A DNA stretch of 64,000 bases. Origin: an uncultured delta proteobacterium (GTDB lineage Bacteria; Myxococcota; Myxococcia; Myxococcales; Myxococcaceae). The stretch is taken from positions 224,001 to 288,000 of the forward strand of contig CAVQKE010000006.1 in assembly GCA_963713045.1 (NCBI GenBank), given 5' to 3'. The notes below the pieces were generated by a model. The model saw only the letters and a list, made by a program, of their open reading frames with translations. It had not been told where the DNA came from and did no database searches. This document shows positions 9,453-18,405 of the stretch, one piece after another (within the stretch, counting starts at the first letter, position 1; every line of letters starts with the position of its first letter). The translations under genes were made by a program, and so were the position numbers.

Positions 9453-11128
9453 GGTGTCGACGCGGTCAGCACTTTCGCGTCGTAAACGATTTGGCCACCC
9501 ACCACAGTGAGGACGGACTCAGTTTCCGGGAGTTGCCGCGACGGCACCGTGAAAATGTCCTGTGAGAGTACTGCCAAGTCGGCAAGCTTTCCTGGGACGA
9601 GACTCCCCTTTTCTTTCTCCGCAAATTCCGCGTAAGCGCCGGTCAGCGTCGAGGCGAGGACGGCCTGCTCTCGAGTCAGAGCTTCCGACGGCCGGTTCGG
9701 GTGGCTGGCCGCCAGCATGATGTCCCGGAACGGGCCCATTGGCGCGTCGGAGCCCAATGCAACAGGAATTCCGGCGGCCACCAGGGAAGCGAGTGGCTGG
9801 GACTTGGAAAGGCGCTCGCGGGTGAAGACCTTGGCATTCAATTGGCTCACGGCCAAGTGGACCGGGTTCTGGACCACCACCACTCCCAGTTCTTTCACGC
9901 GGGCAATGAGATTGGCGAACAGTCCATCGCCGTGCTCGAACCGCACCCGGCGGTTGGCCCACACCTGAGCCCCTCCGGTCGCCTTCATCGCGTCGAGCAT
10001 TGCCTCGGCGGCGGGGTATCCCGACACGTGGACGATGAGTTGGTCATCGCTCTTGAGCGTCTCGCGCAACATTGCCTCGAGCTCGCTGCGCGGGAAAAGT
10101 GGCTCCAGGTTCTCGCCGACAAAGGCCCCGAGCCGGTCCGACCCATCGCTTGGACCCTCTCGAGGAACGAAAGTGCCCTCGAGGGGTGTCCCATCGGTGA
10201 GCCACTTCGTCCCGGAGACGGTAATGCGCGGACCTGGAAACTTCGCGACCGAGATGCCTTCCTGGGTGTCGCGGCCAGCGGGCGTGGTTCCGGGCATTCG
10301 GATGACGCGCACTCGGATGGGGGTAGGAATCTGTTTCAGCAAAGCCACGCACCGTTCGGGCGTCATCGAGTCGTTCATGTCCTGGACCGAAGTCACCCCG
10401 AGCTTGGCTGCGTTGTGAAGCACCTCGCTCAACTGGGCGACGGCGTCCGCGTCGCTGGTCAAGTGCGCCAGCGTCCTGGAGAGCGCAAGGACGGCATACT
10501 CGCGGAGAGTCCCCGTCAGCCGGCCATTCGCATCACGCTCGTAGCGTCCCCCAGCCGGGTCGGACAAGTCGTCGCGGATACCGAACCTGACCAGCGCGGC
10601 GCTATTGAGGATGGCCGCGTGCCCCGTGAACGTAACCAAGATGACGGGATTGTCGGGAGCGAGCTTGTCGAGCGAATCGCGCGTGGCTTCGCTCCCGTAG
10701 AAGACAGCCGGTCCGACCTCCCCTTGGAGGATGGTCCCCTTCGCAACCTGGAGGACGGCGGCGGTAACCGCTGCTGTGACGTCTGACCAGGTTGGGTTGG
10801 GGCTCTTAAACGGCAGCTGGACGAGGCCCACAGGAACCACGTCGAGATGCGCGTGCGCATCGTCAATTCCCGGGATGACGGTTCTGCCGCCGAGGTTTAT
10901 GCGCCGTGTCCTCGTTCCGGCGAGTGACTCAATGTGGCGTGAGTCGCCGATGGCGAGGATGCGCTCACCTCGGATGGCAACCGCCTCCGCATAGGGCTGC
11001 TTCGCGTCGCTCGTAAATACCTTGCCGTGGAGCAGGACGAGGTCGGGCGGCACCGGCTGCGCGGCTGCCTGGGCGCAGAGGAGGGCCAAAGACAACCCGA
11101 CGACAGAGACACTTACGCTTCGGTGCAT
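9449..11128 (-). CDS. Secreted amidohydrolase, YtcJ-like (Amidohydro_3)
   Basis: PGIDDAHAH, RFEH, LGSDAP, KGSL.PGKLADL motifs; signal peptide; 4-bp overlap with the next gene. Confidence 0.9.
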   Translation of the reverse strand: MHRSVSVSVVGLSLALLCAQAAAQPVPPDLVLLHGKVFTSDAKQPYAEAVAIRGERILAIGDSRHIESLAGTRTRRINLGGRTVIPGIDDAHAHLDVVPVGLVQLPFKSPNPTWSDVTAAVTAAVLQVAKGTILQGEVGPAVFYGSEATRDSLDKLAPDNPVILVTFTGHAAILNSAALVRFGIRDDLSDPAGGRYERDANGRLTGTLREYAVLALSRTLAHLTSDADAVAQLSEVLHNAAKLGVTSVQDMNDSMTPERCVALLKQIPTPIRVRVIRMPGTTPAGRDTQEGISVAKFPGPRITVSGTKWLTDGTPLEGTFVPREGPSDGSDRLGAFVGENLEPLFPRSELEAMLRETLKSDDQLIVHVSGYPAAEAMLDAMKATGGAQVWANRRVRFEHGDGLFANLIARVKELGVVVVQNPVHLAVSQLNAKVFTRERLSKSQPLASLVAAGIPVALGSDAPMGPFRDIMLAASHPNRPSEALTREQAVLASTLTGAYAEFAEKEKGSLVPGKLADLAVLSQDIFTVPSRQLPETESVLTVVGGQIVYDAKVLTASTP

Positions 11129-11336
11129 TCGACCCCCAGCCCGGCTCCCAATTCTCTACTCAGCCTCTTCCAGCCGCGAAAGCCACTGATGCCTTCCCGG
11201 TCAGACAAGGAACATCGAGTACCGACCCGTAGCTCTGGCCCCGCTAAGCAGCAGTCTCGGGCGGCCATACCGAGACGCAGTGCCGATGGTACCGCGGGAC
11301 GCCCGGAGCGACTGTTGTCGGAGCAGTAGGCTTCGC

Positions 11337-12521
11337 TTAGTGCCCCAGTGTCCCCGACGTCGCGCAGATGGATGACGGAGAGATGATTCCCCCGAAAAAG
11401 GTGCTGTCGGAACTGCTGTTGACACGAATCCAGCCCCCGGCACCTCCTCCACCTCCGGCCACCGTGTCGGGGTCCACTTGTCCGTCCTCTCCGTTGATGC
11501 CGCTGCTCGAGCTTCCGTCCCCGCCGAGCGAGCCATGCATTCCGTCGTTGCCACCCTTGGCGGCGGTGGCGTCGGGCGTCGCGTCGGCGCCAGGTACCCC
11601 GGGGCCCTGGCCCCCGCCACCTCCGTTGGCAGCCAGCGTGCCAGTCGTGTCCACGGTGGGAGCCTCGAGCAGGATTGCGCCTCCACTTCCGCCACCGCTC
11701 GCTTCCTGTGAATTGCCAGCCGGGTCGTAGACACCGCCATTGTAGCCACCCTGGCCGCCGACGTGGATTGTCCCGGAAACCGCGATGGACGTCGCCGAGA
11801 CCAGCTCGATGGCACCACCCCCTGCCCCACCAAACGCGAACCCTGACCCGCCTGCGGAACCGGCGGACAGGGGGACCAGCGCGGGAGTCCCATTCATGCC
11901 GCCTCCCTGGGCTCCGGCACCTGGGGTCGACGAGGCACCCTTGCCTCCTTGACCACAGAAGCCCGCGCCCCCTCCCGAGGAACTGCCACTTCCTGAGCCT
12001 CCCCCACCCGCGCCGACCCCCGCGCTGTTGCCGCTCGCCGGGTTCTGCAGTGCCCCCGGCCCGAGAAAAAACGCGGGCGAACTTTGCGAGTTGCCGTAGA
12101 GGTTTCCCTGAATGTCGATTCGTTCCAGCGCGACAATGACCAGGGCGTCCGCCCCCTCGACCCGGACGGTCGTGCCGGCAGCGATGGTGAGCGAATTGAC
12201 GGTGAAGACTCCGAGTTTCAGCGAGGTCGTCAGCTGCGCCAGCCCCGACTGCGTCTGCTCCTGGTAGTGGTAGGCGCCGCCGTCGTCACTTCCCAGCACT
12301 CCTCCCAGGTCGGTCTCCCAGGTGAGGTCGTGCGAGACGACCACGTCTCCGACACCGCTGAAATCGAGCCTCGACAGGTCCACGTTCGACGGGGAGAAGC
12401 CAAACCCACTGGTACCTGAATCAGGCGCCCCCGACGTCGAACTGCACGCCACCAGCATGCACGAGACGCTAAGGAAGGGCAGGAACAGCCCACAAATTGC
12501 TGGCTTCATGCCCGGGTTCAC
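11337..12521 (-). CDS. Gly-rich lipoprotein
   Basis: LVAC lipobox; repeated GGGSGG/GGAGG.I.L units. Start may be the Met at 12509. Confidence 0.75.
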   Translation of the reverse strand: MNPGMKPAICGLFLPFLSVSCMLVACSSTSGAPDSGTSGFGFSPSNVDLSRLDFSGVGDVVVSHDLTWETDLGGVLGSDDGGAYHYQEQTQSGLAQLTTSLKLGVFTVNSLTIAAGTTVRVEGADALVIVALERIDIQGNLYGNSQSSPAFFLGPGALQNPASGNSAGVGAGGGGSGSGSSSGGGAGFCGQGGKGASSTPGAGAQGGGMNGTPALVPLSAGSAGGSGFAFGGAGGGAIELVSATSIAVSGTIHVGGQGGYNGGVYDPAGNSQEASGGGSGGAILLEAPTVDTTGTLAANGGGGGQGPGVPGADATPDATAAKGGNDGMHGSLGGDGSSSSGINGEDGQVDPDTVAGGGGGAGGWIRVNSSSDSTFFGGIISPSSICATSGTLGH

Positions 12522-12560
12522 GCATTCCGGATTGAAAAGAGGACAAGACCCTCTTTTCGG

Positions 12561-15014
12561 TCAGCGCTGACGCTCGACTTCCGCGCGAGTCCGAAGGGTG
12601 TCGGCGTGTCCGTCCGCCAGGACTTTCTCCTGGATTTCAAGCGCTTGCGCAATCTCTGCCCGCGCCTGCTGCCGCTGGCCCTGGTCGAACAGCGAGGCTC
12701 CGAGCGCATAGTGAGCCCGCGCCGTGGTGCTGTGCTCCTCGCCAAAACGGCGCTGCGCGATGGCGAGCGCCCGGCGCGCCGCCTGTTCTGCCTCGGCGAG
12801 TCTGCCGGCATGCCGGAGCGCGCTCGACTGGTAGGCGAGTAAAGACGCGACTAGACCATGCTCAGCGCCAAACTCCAGGGTCGCACGTCGAACCGCGTCC
12901 TCGGAGAGCTGCAACGCCTGGTCCGAGTTCCCCAGCGCGTCCAGTGCCCGGGCGCGCACGTTTTCCACGTAGGCTAGGTCGCCCGATTCATTTCCGAAGA
13001 TGGCGACCTGCGCGGCTTGGACGCGGGCGGACATTGCCTCGGCCTCCTTTGCCCGTCCGAGTTCGAGCAAATCGCGCGCCAGGTTGTTCCAGCAGACGAG
13101 TGTATCGACGTGCTCCTTGCCGTTGACTGTTTCCATTAGCTTGCACGTTTGCTCCTGGAGCTCCGCGCTCTCCGCGAAGTGCCCTTCGTCGCCGAGCAAG
13201 ACCGCCAAGTCATTCATCACCCCAAGCGTCTCTGGGTCTCGGTTGCCGCGCGTTGCCAGGTAGAGGGCAAGTGCTTCCCGGCGGAGCCGTTCCGCTTCCG
13301 CGAAGCTGTTCAGGCGTCGCTTCACGCCTGCCAGGTCGTTGAGCGCCCGCGCCACCGTTTCCCCACGCGGCCCCTCGACCTCCCGCGACATCAGCAGCGC
13401 CTCGTGTAGCAGTCGCTCGGATTCTGGGTAGTCGCCGAGCTCAAAGCGGATGTCACCGAGCTTCAGGAGTGCGCTCGCTACGCCGGCGCTGCGCGGGGCG
13501 AGACTGCGCTCAATGCCCAGTGCCCGCTCCGCAGACGCTGTGGCCCGCTGGTACTCTCCGAGGTCGTACCAGGTCTGGGTGAACGCGCGGAGCAGCCGTG
13601 CCTGGACCTCGGGGTGGTTTCCTAGCTCATTCAGGCGCGCCTCGCCCTTTGCGAGGATGTCCCGCTGGGTCAGCGGTTGGCCGCTGGTGGCTCGCGGGTC
13701 AAAACTTTGAAGCATACTGACCAGGAAGTCCTGCGCCAGCTCGGCCCGCCGCGCCTCCTCACGCGCCCGCCGACTTTGCCAAAGGGTGGCGCCCAACCCC
13801 AACACCAGCGCGAGCACGAGGATGGAGGCCAGCGCAACCGGGGCACGGTAACGTTTGACGAGTGTGCGCAGGAGGTAGCTCGTCGCATCTCCTCGCGCCG
13901 TCACAGGCGCGCCGGCGAGGTGCCGACGAATGTCGGCCGCGAGCTCACCCGCCGAGGGATAGCGCTCGGAAGGCTCGGCGCGAAGGGCCTTGAGGGTGAT
14001 GGCGTCCAAATCGCCTCGGAGTTTCCGTCGCCGCTCGCCGAGAGACTCTGCGACGCCAAGCTGTGAGATGTCGATGCGGGTGCTCGGCCTCTGCGGGTCT
14101 GCGGCCAGAATCGCCTCTTCGACGTCGGCGCGGCTGTTTCCAGCGAAGGGTCGGCCACCCGTCAGCAGCTCGCAGAGAATCACCCCGAGCGCCCAGACGT
14201 CGGTACTGGTGGTGATGCGCCCGCCGCGGACCTGCTCCGGCGCGGCGTACTCCAGCGTCATCGGCCGCTCGTCGACGTGGGTGAGCACGCTGTCGTCGCT
14301 GCCCCGCTCCAGGAGCTTGGCGATGCCGAAATCGAGGAGTTTTGTCTGGCCGGTGTCGCCAACAAGCACGTTGCTCGGCTTGAGGTCCCGGTGAACGACG
14401 AGGTTCTGGTGAGCGAACTGCACAGCATCGCAGACGCTGGCGAACAGTCGGAGACGAGCCTCGACGCCAAGACCCTGCGTGGCGCAGTGCTCGATGAGGT
14501 GGGTTCCAGCGACGAACTCCATTGCCAGCCAGGGGCGCCCGGCCGGCGTCAGCCCGCCGTCGAGGAGCTTCGCGATGTTGGGGTGCGAGAGGCGTGCGAG
14601 GATGCGCCGCTCGCGGCGGAACCGGGCCGCCGCGGCCAGGTTGCTCGACCAAGGTAGGAGCTTGATGGCGACACGTTGCTGGAAGTCCGCGGCCTCGCGC
14701 TCGGCGAGCCAGACCTCGCCCATGCCCCCCCGACCCAGGAGCGAGAGGAGACGGAACGGACCAACTCGCTCACCAGCGGTGGCAGCCTGCTCGAGTCCGG
14801 TGAGCGCGGCGCCGGCCGACGGCAGGTATCCAGCCGCGGGCGTGCTCAACAACGCTTCGGCGCGTTGGTCAGCTTCCAGCAGTCTCTGGGCCTGAGCCCG
14901 TATCTCGGGGTCGCTTTCGCGCTCGAGCAGCTCGGCTCGTCCCGAGGCAGGAAGGTCGAACGCCTGGTCCACAAGTTCGAGGACTGCATGGAAACGAGCC
15001 TGCTCGGGAGTCAC
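12561..15014 (-). CDS. ECF-associated Ser/Thr kinase with TM and TPR repeats
   Basis: GRGGMGEV, HRDLKPSN, DFG, YAAPE motifs; TM + TPRs; overlaps the sigma stop codon. Confidence 0.95.
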   Translation of the reverse strand: MTPEQARFHAVLELVDQAFDLPASGRAELLERESDPEIRAQAQRLLEADQRAEALLSTPAAGYLPSAGAALTGLEQAATAGERVGPFRLLSLLGRGGMGEVWLAEREAADFQQRVAIKLLPWSSNLAAAARFRRERRILARLSHPNIAKLLDGGLTPAGRPWLAMEFVAGTHLIEHCATQGLGVEARLRLFASVCDAVQFAHQNLVVHRDLKPSNVLVGDTGQTKLLDFGIAKLLERGSDDSVLTHVDERPMTLEYAAPEQVRGGRITTSTDVWALGVILCELLTGGRPFAGNSRADVEEAILAADPQRPSTRIDISQLGVAESLGERRRKLRGDLDAITLKALRAEPSERYPSAGELAADIRRHLAGAPVTARGDATSYLLRTLVKRYRAPVALASILVLALVLGLGATLWQSRRAREEARRAELAQDFLVSMLQSFDPRATSGQPLTQRDILAKGEARLNELGNHPEVQARLLRAFTQTWYDLGEYQRATASAERALGIERSLAPRSAGVASALLKLGDIRFELGDYPESERLLHEALLMSREVEGPRGETVARALNDLAGVKRRLNSFAEAERLRREALALYLATRGNRDPETLGVMNDLAVLLGDEGHFAESAELQEQTCKLMETVNGKEHVDTLVCWNNLARDLLELGRAKEAEAMSARVQAAQVAIFGNESGDLAYVENVRARALDALGNSDQALQLSEDAVRRATLEFGAEHGLVASLLAYQSSALRHAGRLAEAEQAARRALAIAQRRFGEEHSTTARAHYALGASLFDQGQRQQARAEIAQALEIQEKVLADGHADTLRTRAEVERQR

Positions 15015-15529
15015 GGCTGCTCACCGAGCTCGACGAGGACGAACGCACGGGCTTTTCGGAAGACACGGCGGACCGTGCGCTTGTCCACCTCGAGTGCGTC
15101 GGCGATCTCTACCTCGCTGAGGCCACCAAAGAACCGCCACTCGAGGACCCGTGCCAATCTCGCGTCCAACGCCTCGAGCTTGGCGAGTGCCGCGTGGACG
15201 CCGAGGACGAGTTCAACATTCGCATCGACGGGAGTTTCCTCGAGTCCTGACGTCACGAAAACCGCGTCGCTACCCCGCTTTTCAGCCTTTCGCCTCCGGG
15301 CGTGGTCCACGAGAATCTGACGCATGGCAGTGGCGGCAAGCGCGAGGAAATGCCCCCGGCTCTCGAATGCGGTCTTCTGTGCAAGGCGCATCCAGGCCTC
15401 ATGGACCAATGCCGTTGGGTCGAGGGTGCTTGGGCCGCGACGGCGAAGCTGCTGGTGGGCAAGGCGCCGGAGGACGGCATAAACCGCGCTGAAGCGCTCT
15501 TCCGGCGGCCCGGCGGCACCGATTCGCAT
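15011..15529 (-). CDS. ECF sigma factor, kinase-associated (ECF43/TIGR02999-like)
   Basis: TL.PTALVHEA..RL, AMRQILVDHAR....KRG and RFFGGLS..EIA..L motifs. Confidence 0.92.
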   Translation of the reverse strand: MRIGAAGPPEERFSAVYAVLRRLAHQQLRRRGPSTLDPTALVHEAWMRLAQKTAFESRGHFLALAATAMRQILVDHARRRKAEKRGSDAVFVTSGLEETPVDANVELVLGVHAALAKLEALDARLARVLEWRFFGGLSEVEIADALEVDKRTVRRVFRKARAFVLVELGEQP

Positions 15530-15574
15530 CTGCGTCCAGAATACTCCGGAGGAGGCTCCTCGGGAGGGCCGGCC

Positions 15575-15852
15575 TGCGCAGCTTGAACTGATTCAGACCA
15601 GCGTAATGGCCGAAGAATCGGTCGAGCTGCCCGCTCGAGAAGCCACTGCGGCGGCGGACCTCAACCACGTTGGTCACGCATCCACTCGCGAAGAGTCTCG
15701 GTTGGAGCGCGCGGGTTCTCGAGGACGTCGACCACTCGGTCGAACGCCTGGTCGTCGAGGATCAAACGCGCCGGAATCAGCGCTTCAGGCAACTCCCTGC
15801 GAGCCTCGATGAAGTACAGCAGCGCCCTGACCTCGCGCCGACCCTGGAAAAC
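15575..15852 (-). pseudogene. Decayed DUF1778 antitoxin + GNAT toxin pair
   Basis: 15852-15661 reads ...LILDDQAFDRVVDVLENPRAPTETLREWMRDQRG*. The overlapping 15677 frame reads MTNVVEVRRRSGFSSGQLDRFFGHYAGLNQF and is then truncated. Confidence 0.65.
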
Positions 15853-15899
15853 CTAACGGAGCGTCGGCAAGCTGACGGGCTCTTTGTGCAATCTGCCTC

Positions 15900-16023
15900 A
15901 ACACCGGCGATGCAGTCGGCTTCAGAGGTCGCGCTTTCTTCTGGAACTACGCGGACTTGACCGTTCCGCTGCAGGGACTTGAAATCCCCCTTTCGGTGGT
16001 TCGATTCCGCCGTGGGCACTGAA
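15900..16023 (+). repeat. att-like element copy 3 (distal; candidate outermost attR)
   Basis: ACACCGGCGATGCAGTC is identical to copy 1, and the alignment is ungapped through GGTGGTTCGATTCCGCC, then TGGGCACTGAA. A GGCAGCC/GGCTGCC hairpin follows (16027-16057). Confidence 0.85.
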
Positions 16024-16136
16024 CTCGGCAGCCTGGTTGAGCCCACCTCCGGCTGCCAAATCCGCCCGGTCGGCTGCAAATTCGATGCGCCTCCAATTGA
16101 AGTGCGCTGATAGCGATGTTTTCCCTTGGAGGTCGC

Positions 16137-17183
16137 ATGACTCGAAGTCTCGCTCTGGCCCTTGGCGTACTGCTTGTCGGTCAATCCCGCGCCCTTGCAC
16201 AGGCACCGCCCGAGCTGACCCTGCCACAGCCGAGCCCACTGGCCTCGGTCACTCAGCGGGTCGGAGTGACAGACATCACGGTTGTCTACCACCGGCCCGC
16301 GGTGGACAAGCGGAAGATTTGGGGCGAACTGGTTCCCTATGGGGAGGTGTGGCGCGCTGGCGCCAACGAGAACACGACCATCAGCTTTTCAAGTCCGGTC
16401 ACCGTTGGAGGCAAGAAAATTCCCGCCGGGACTTATGGGCTGCACATGCTGCCCAATGAGAAGACCTGGTTCATCATCCTGAGCAGCGTCTCGACTGCGT
16501 GGGGAAGCTTCAGTTACGACGAAAAAGAGGATGTGGTTCGGGCCCCGACGACGCCGGCTCCCGCAGACTTCGAGGAGCGTCTCGAATACACGTTCGAGAG
16601 TCCCACCGAGGAGGCTGTCGACGTCGTCCTGCATTGGGACAAGCTGAAGGTCTCCTTTCCCATCGCCGTGGACACCAAGGCCGTGGTGCTGGCAAGTCTC
16701 AAGGCCCAGCTCCGGGGGCTCGGACGTTTCTACTGGCAGTCCTGCGAGCAGGCCGCCCAGTGGACCATCCGCAACAACTATGGGCTGGAGGAGGGGCAGG
16801 TTTGGGTGGACCGGTCGATTACCATTCAGCCGACCTTTTCGAATCTTCGCACCAAGGCGGACTTTCTCGAGAAGAAGGGCGACACCAAACAGGCCGGAGA
16901 GCTGCGCGCCCGAGCGCTGACACTTGCAACCGAGAACGAAGTCAACAACCTGGGCTACGCATTGCTCGGAGAGAAGAAGTACGACGAGGCACTCGCCCTC
17001 TTCAGGAAGAACGTCAAAGACCACCCTGATTCCCAAAACGTCTATGACAGCCTCGGTGAAGCGCTGGCCATGACGGGCGACAAGAAAGGGGCCATTGAGA
17101 ACTACAACAAGGCGCTGGCGATGGCGACCGACCCGGCCGTCCAGAAGCGAATCAAGGGCATCCTGGCGAAGCTGAAGGCGTAG
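16137..17183 (+). CDS. DUF2911 domain protein with C-terminal TPR, secreted
   Basis: P.PSP.A.V.Q.VG...I.V.Y.RP, LVPYG.VWRAGANE.T motifs; TPR with YDSLGEA; GGAGG RBS. Confidence 0.9.
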   Translation: MTRSLALALGVLLVGQSRALAQAPPELTLPQPSPLASVTQRVGVTDITVVYHRPAVDKRKIWGELVPYGEVWRAGANENTTISFSSPVTVGGKKIPAGTYGLHMLPNEKTWFIILSSVSTAWGSFSYDEKEDVVRAPTTPAPADFEERLEYTFESPTEEAVDVVLHWDKLKVSFPIAVDTKAVVLASLKAQLRGLGRFYWQSCEQAAQWTIRNNYGLEEGQVWVDRSITIQPTFSNLRTKADFLEKKGDTKQAGELRARALTLATENEVNNLGYALLGEKKYDEALALFRKNVKDHPDSQNVYDSLGEALAMTGDKKGAIENYNKALAMATDPAVQKRIKGILAKLKA

Positions 17184-17543
17184 GGCTCAAGCACCGGACC
17201 TCAACTGCCTGTGGGGCCCCTTCCCCCGGGGCTGCCATGCCCGACGCGACGCCCCGGTGGGCCCGCCACGCCGCAAGGCCTGGCCGCGCCCCCGACTGGA
17301 CGGGGCACGCCGCGCTTGCGGCCCTCAAGTCAAGGGACTAAGTCGCGAAAGGTCGCGGGCCGTCAAGGCTCCGTGAAGGCCTTAAGGGTTGTCGTTTGGA
17401 GGGGGATTCCACCGCCAGAAAATGCCGTGGGCGCTGCTCCTCGCACGTCCGCGGCGCGCACCGTGTGTCGCTAGGACTTCGCAGAGGCGTTGCCTGCCTC
17501 TGAAACGTCGAACGGGCTGCCAATGGCGGCCGTTGGAGGGGAT

Positions 17544-18386
17544 GTGAAACTCGCGCGGATTTGCACGCTTGTGCTGGCAGTCGGCTTTGGCTTGGCGCCG
17601 GCCGCCTATGCCGATGACACTACCGTCACCTGTAAGGATGGGACCACCTCCAAGGGCGGCCAGGGAGCCTGCAGCGGCCATGGAGGCATCAACAAGGCCG
17701 CGGCTGCCCCGGCACCAGCGCCCGCGGCCGCTCCGGCTGCGGCCACCGAAGCCACCGTTACTTGCAAGGACGGGACGACGTCCAAGGGCGGCAAGGGCGC
17801 GTGCAGTGGCCACGGCGGTGTCAACAAGGACGGCGCGGCGTCGAGCAAGGCCCCGGCTTCCGCGACGGCGCCGGCCGCTCCGGCTGCGGCCACCGCAGCC
17901 ACCGTTACTTGTAAGGACGGAACCACCTCCAAGGGGGGCAAGGGCGCCTGCAGTGGCCACGGAGGCGTCAATAAGAGTGGCGCAGCCAGCGCCGCTCCGG
18001 CTTCGGCGACGGCGCCGGCCGCACCGGCCGCCGCCGAGGGCGCCACCGTCACCTGTAAAGACGGAACCACCTCCAAGGGTGGCAAGGGTGCCTGCAGTGG
18101 CCATGGAGGCGTCAACAAGACTGCCGGGGCTAGCGCGGCTCCGGCCGCTGCTCCTGCTGCCGCGGCGCCTGCGGCTCCGGCCGCTGCAGCTCCCGCAGCG
18201 TCTTCCGCTCCGGCCGCTGCTGCGGCTCCGGCAGCCAAGGCACCCTCGCAGACGAAGGCTTCGAATACCGACCCCACCGGTGCCATCGCCAAGTGCACGG
18301 ACGGGACGTACTCCCACTCGAAGCAGCATGAGGGGGCCTGTTCCCATCACGGCGGCGTCGCCACCTGGCTCGACACCAAACAGTAG
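17544..18386 (+). CDS. Secreted repeat protein with DUF3761-like CxDGT...GACSxHGGV modules
   Basis: Signal peptide, four near-identical modules plus a C-terminal module, Ala/Pro linkers. Confidence 0.85.
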   Translation: MKLARICTLVLAVGFGLAPAAYADDTTVTCKDGTTSKGGQGACSGHGGINKAAAAPAPAPAAAPAAATEATVTCKDGTTSKGGKGACSGHGGVNKDGAASSKAPASATAPAAPAAATAATVTCKDGTTSKGGKGACSGHGGVNKSGAASAAPASATAPAAPAAAEGATVTCKDGTTSKGGKGACSGHGGVNKTAGASAAPAAAPAAAAPAAPAAAAPAASSAPAAAAAPAAKAPSQTKASNTDPTGAIAKCTDGTYSHSKQHEGACSHHGGVATWLDTKQ

Positions 18387-18405
18387 CGCTTCGGCCGTCG
18401 TCGGC

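Larger units (their letters stand above)
1..16023. mobile_element. Accessory region / tandem genomic-island remnants bounded by tRNA-Phe-derived att-like direct repeats (left end outside window)
   Basis: Three direct copies of arm + tRNA 3' fragment, with a high density of gene remnants and a TA remnant next to the last copy. No integrase is seen in the window. Confidence 0.6.

Noticed and set aside
15974..15990. Different anticodons in copies 2 (GAG) and 3 (TGA) as distinct tRNA targets
   Set aside because: Short variable loop and Phe-type T arm/acceptor; substitutions from decay are more parsimonious.
1003..16023. CRISPR array or classical integron attC array
   Set aside because: Repeats are ~120 bp, kb-spaced and tRNA-derived. 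No cas or intI gene, and no RYYYAAC/GTTRRRY hairpin structure.
17330..17540. Known riboswitch/ncRNA in the long leader
   Set aside because: Hairpins are present, but no recognisable family consensus.
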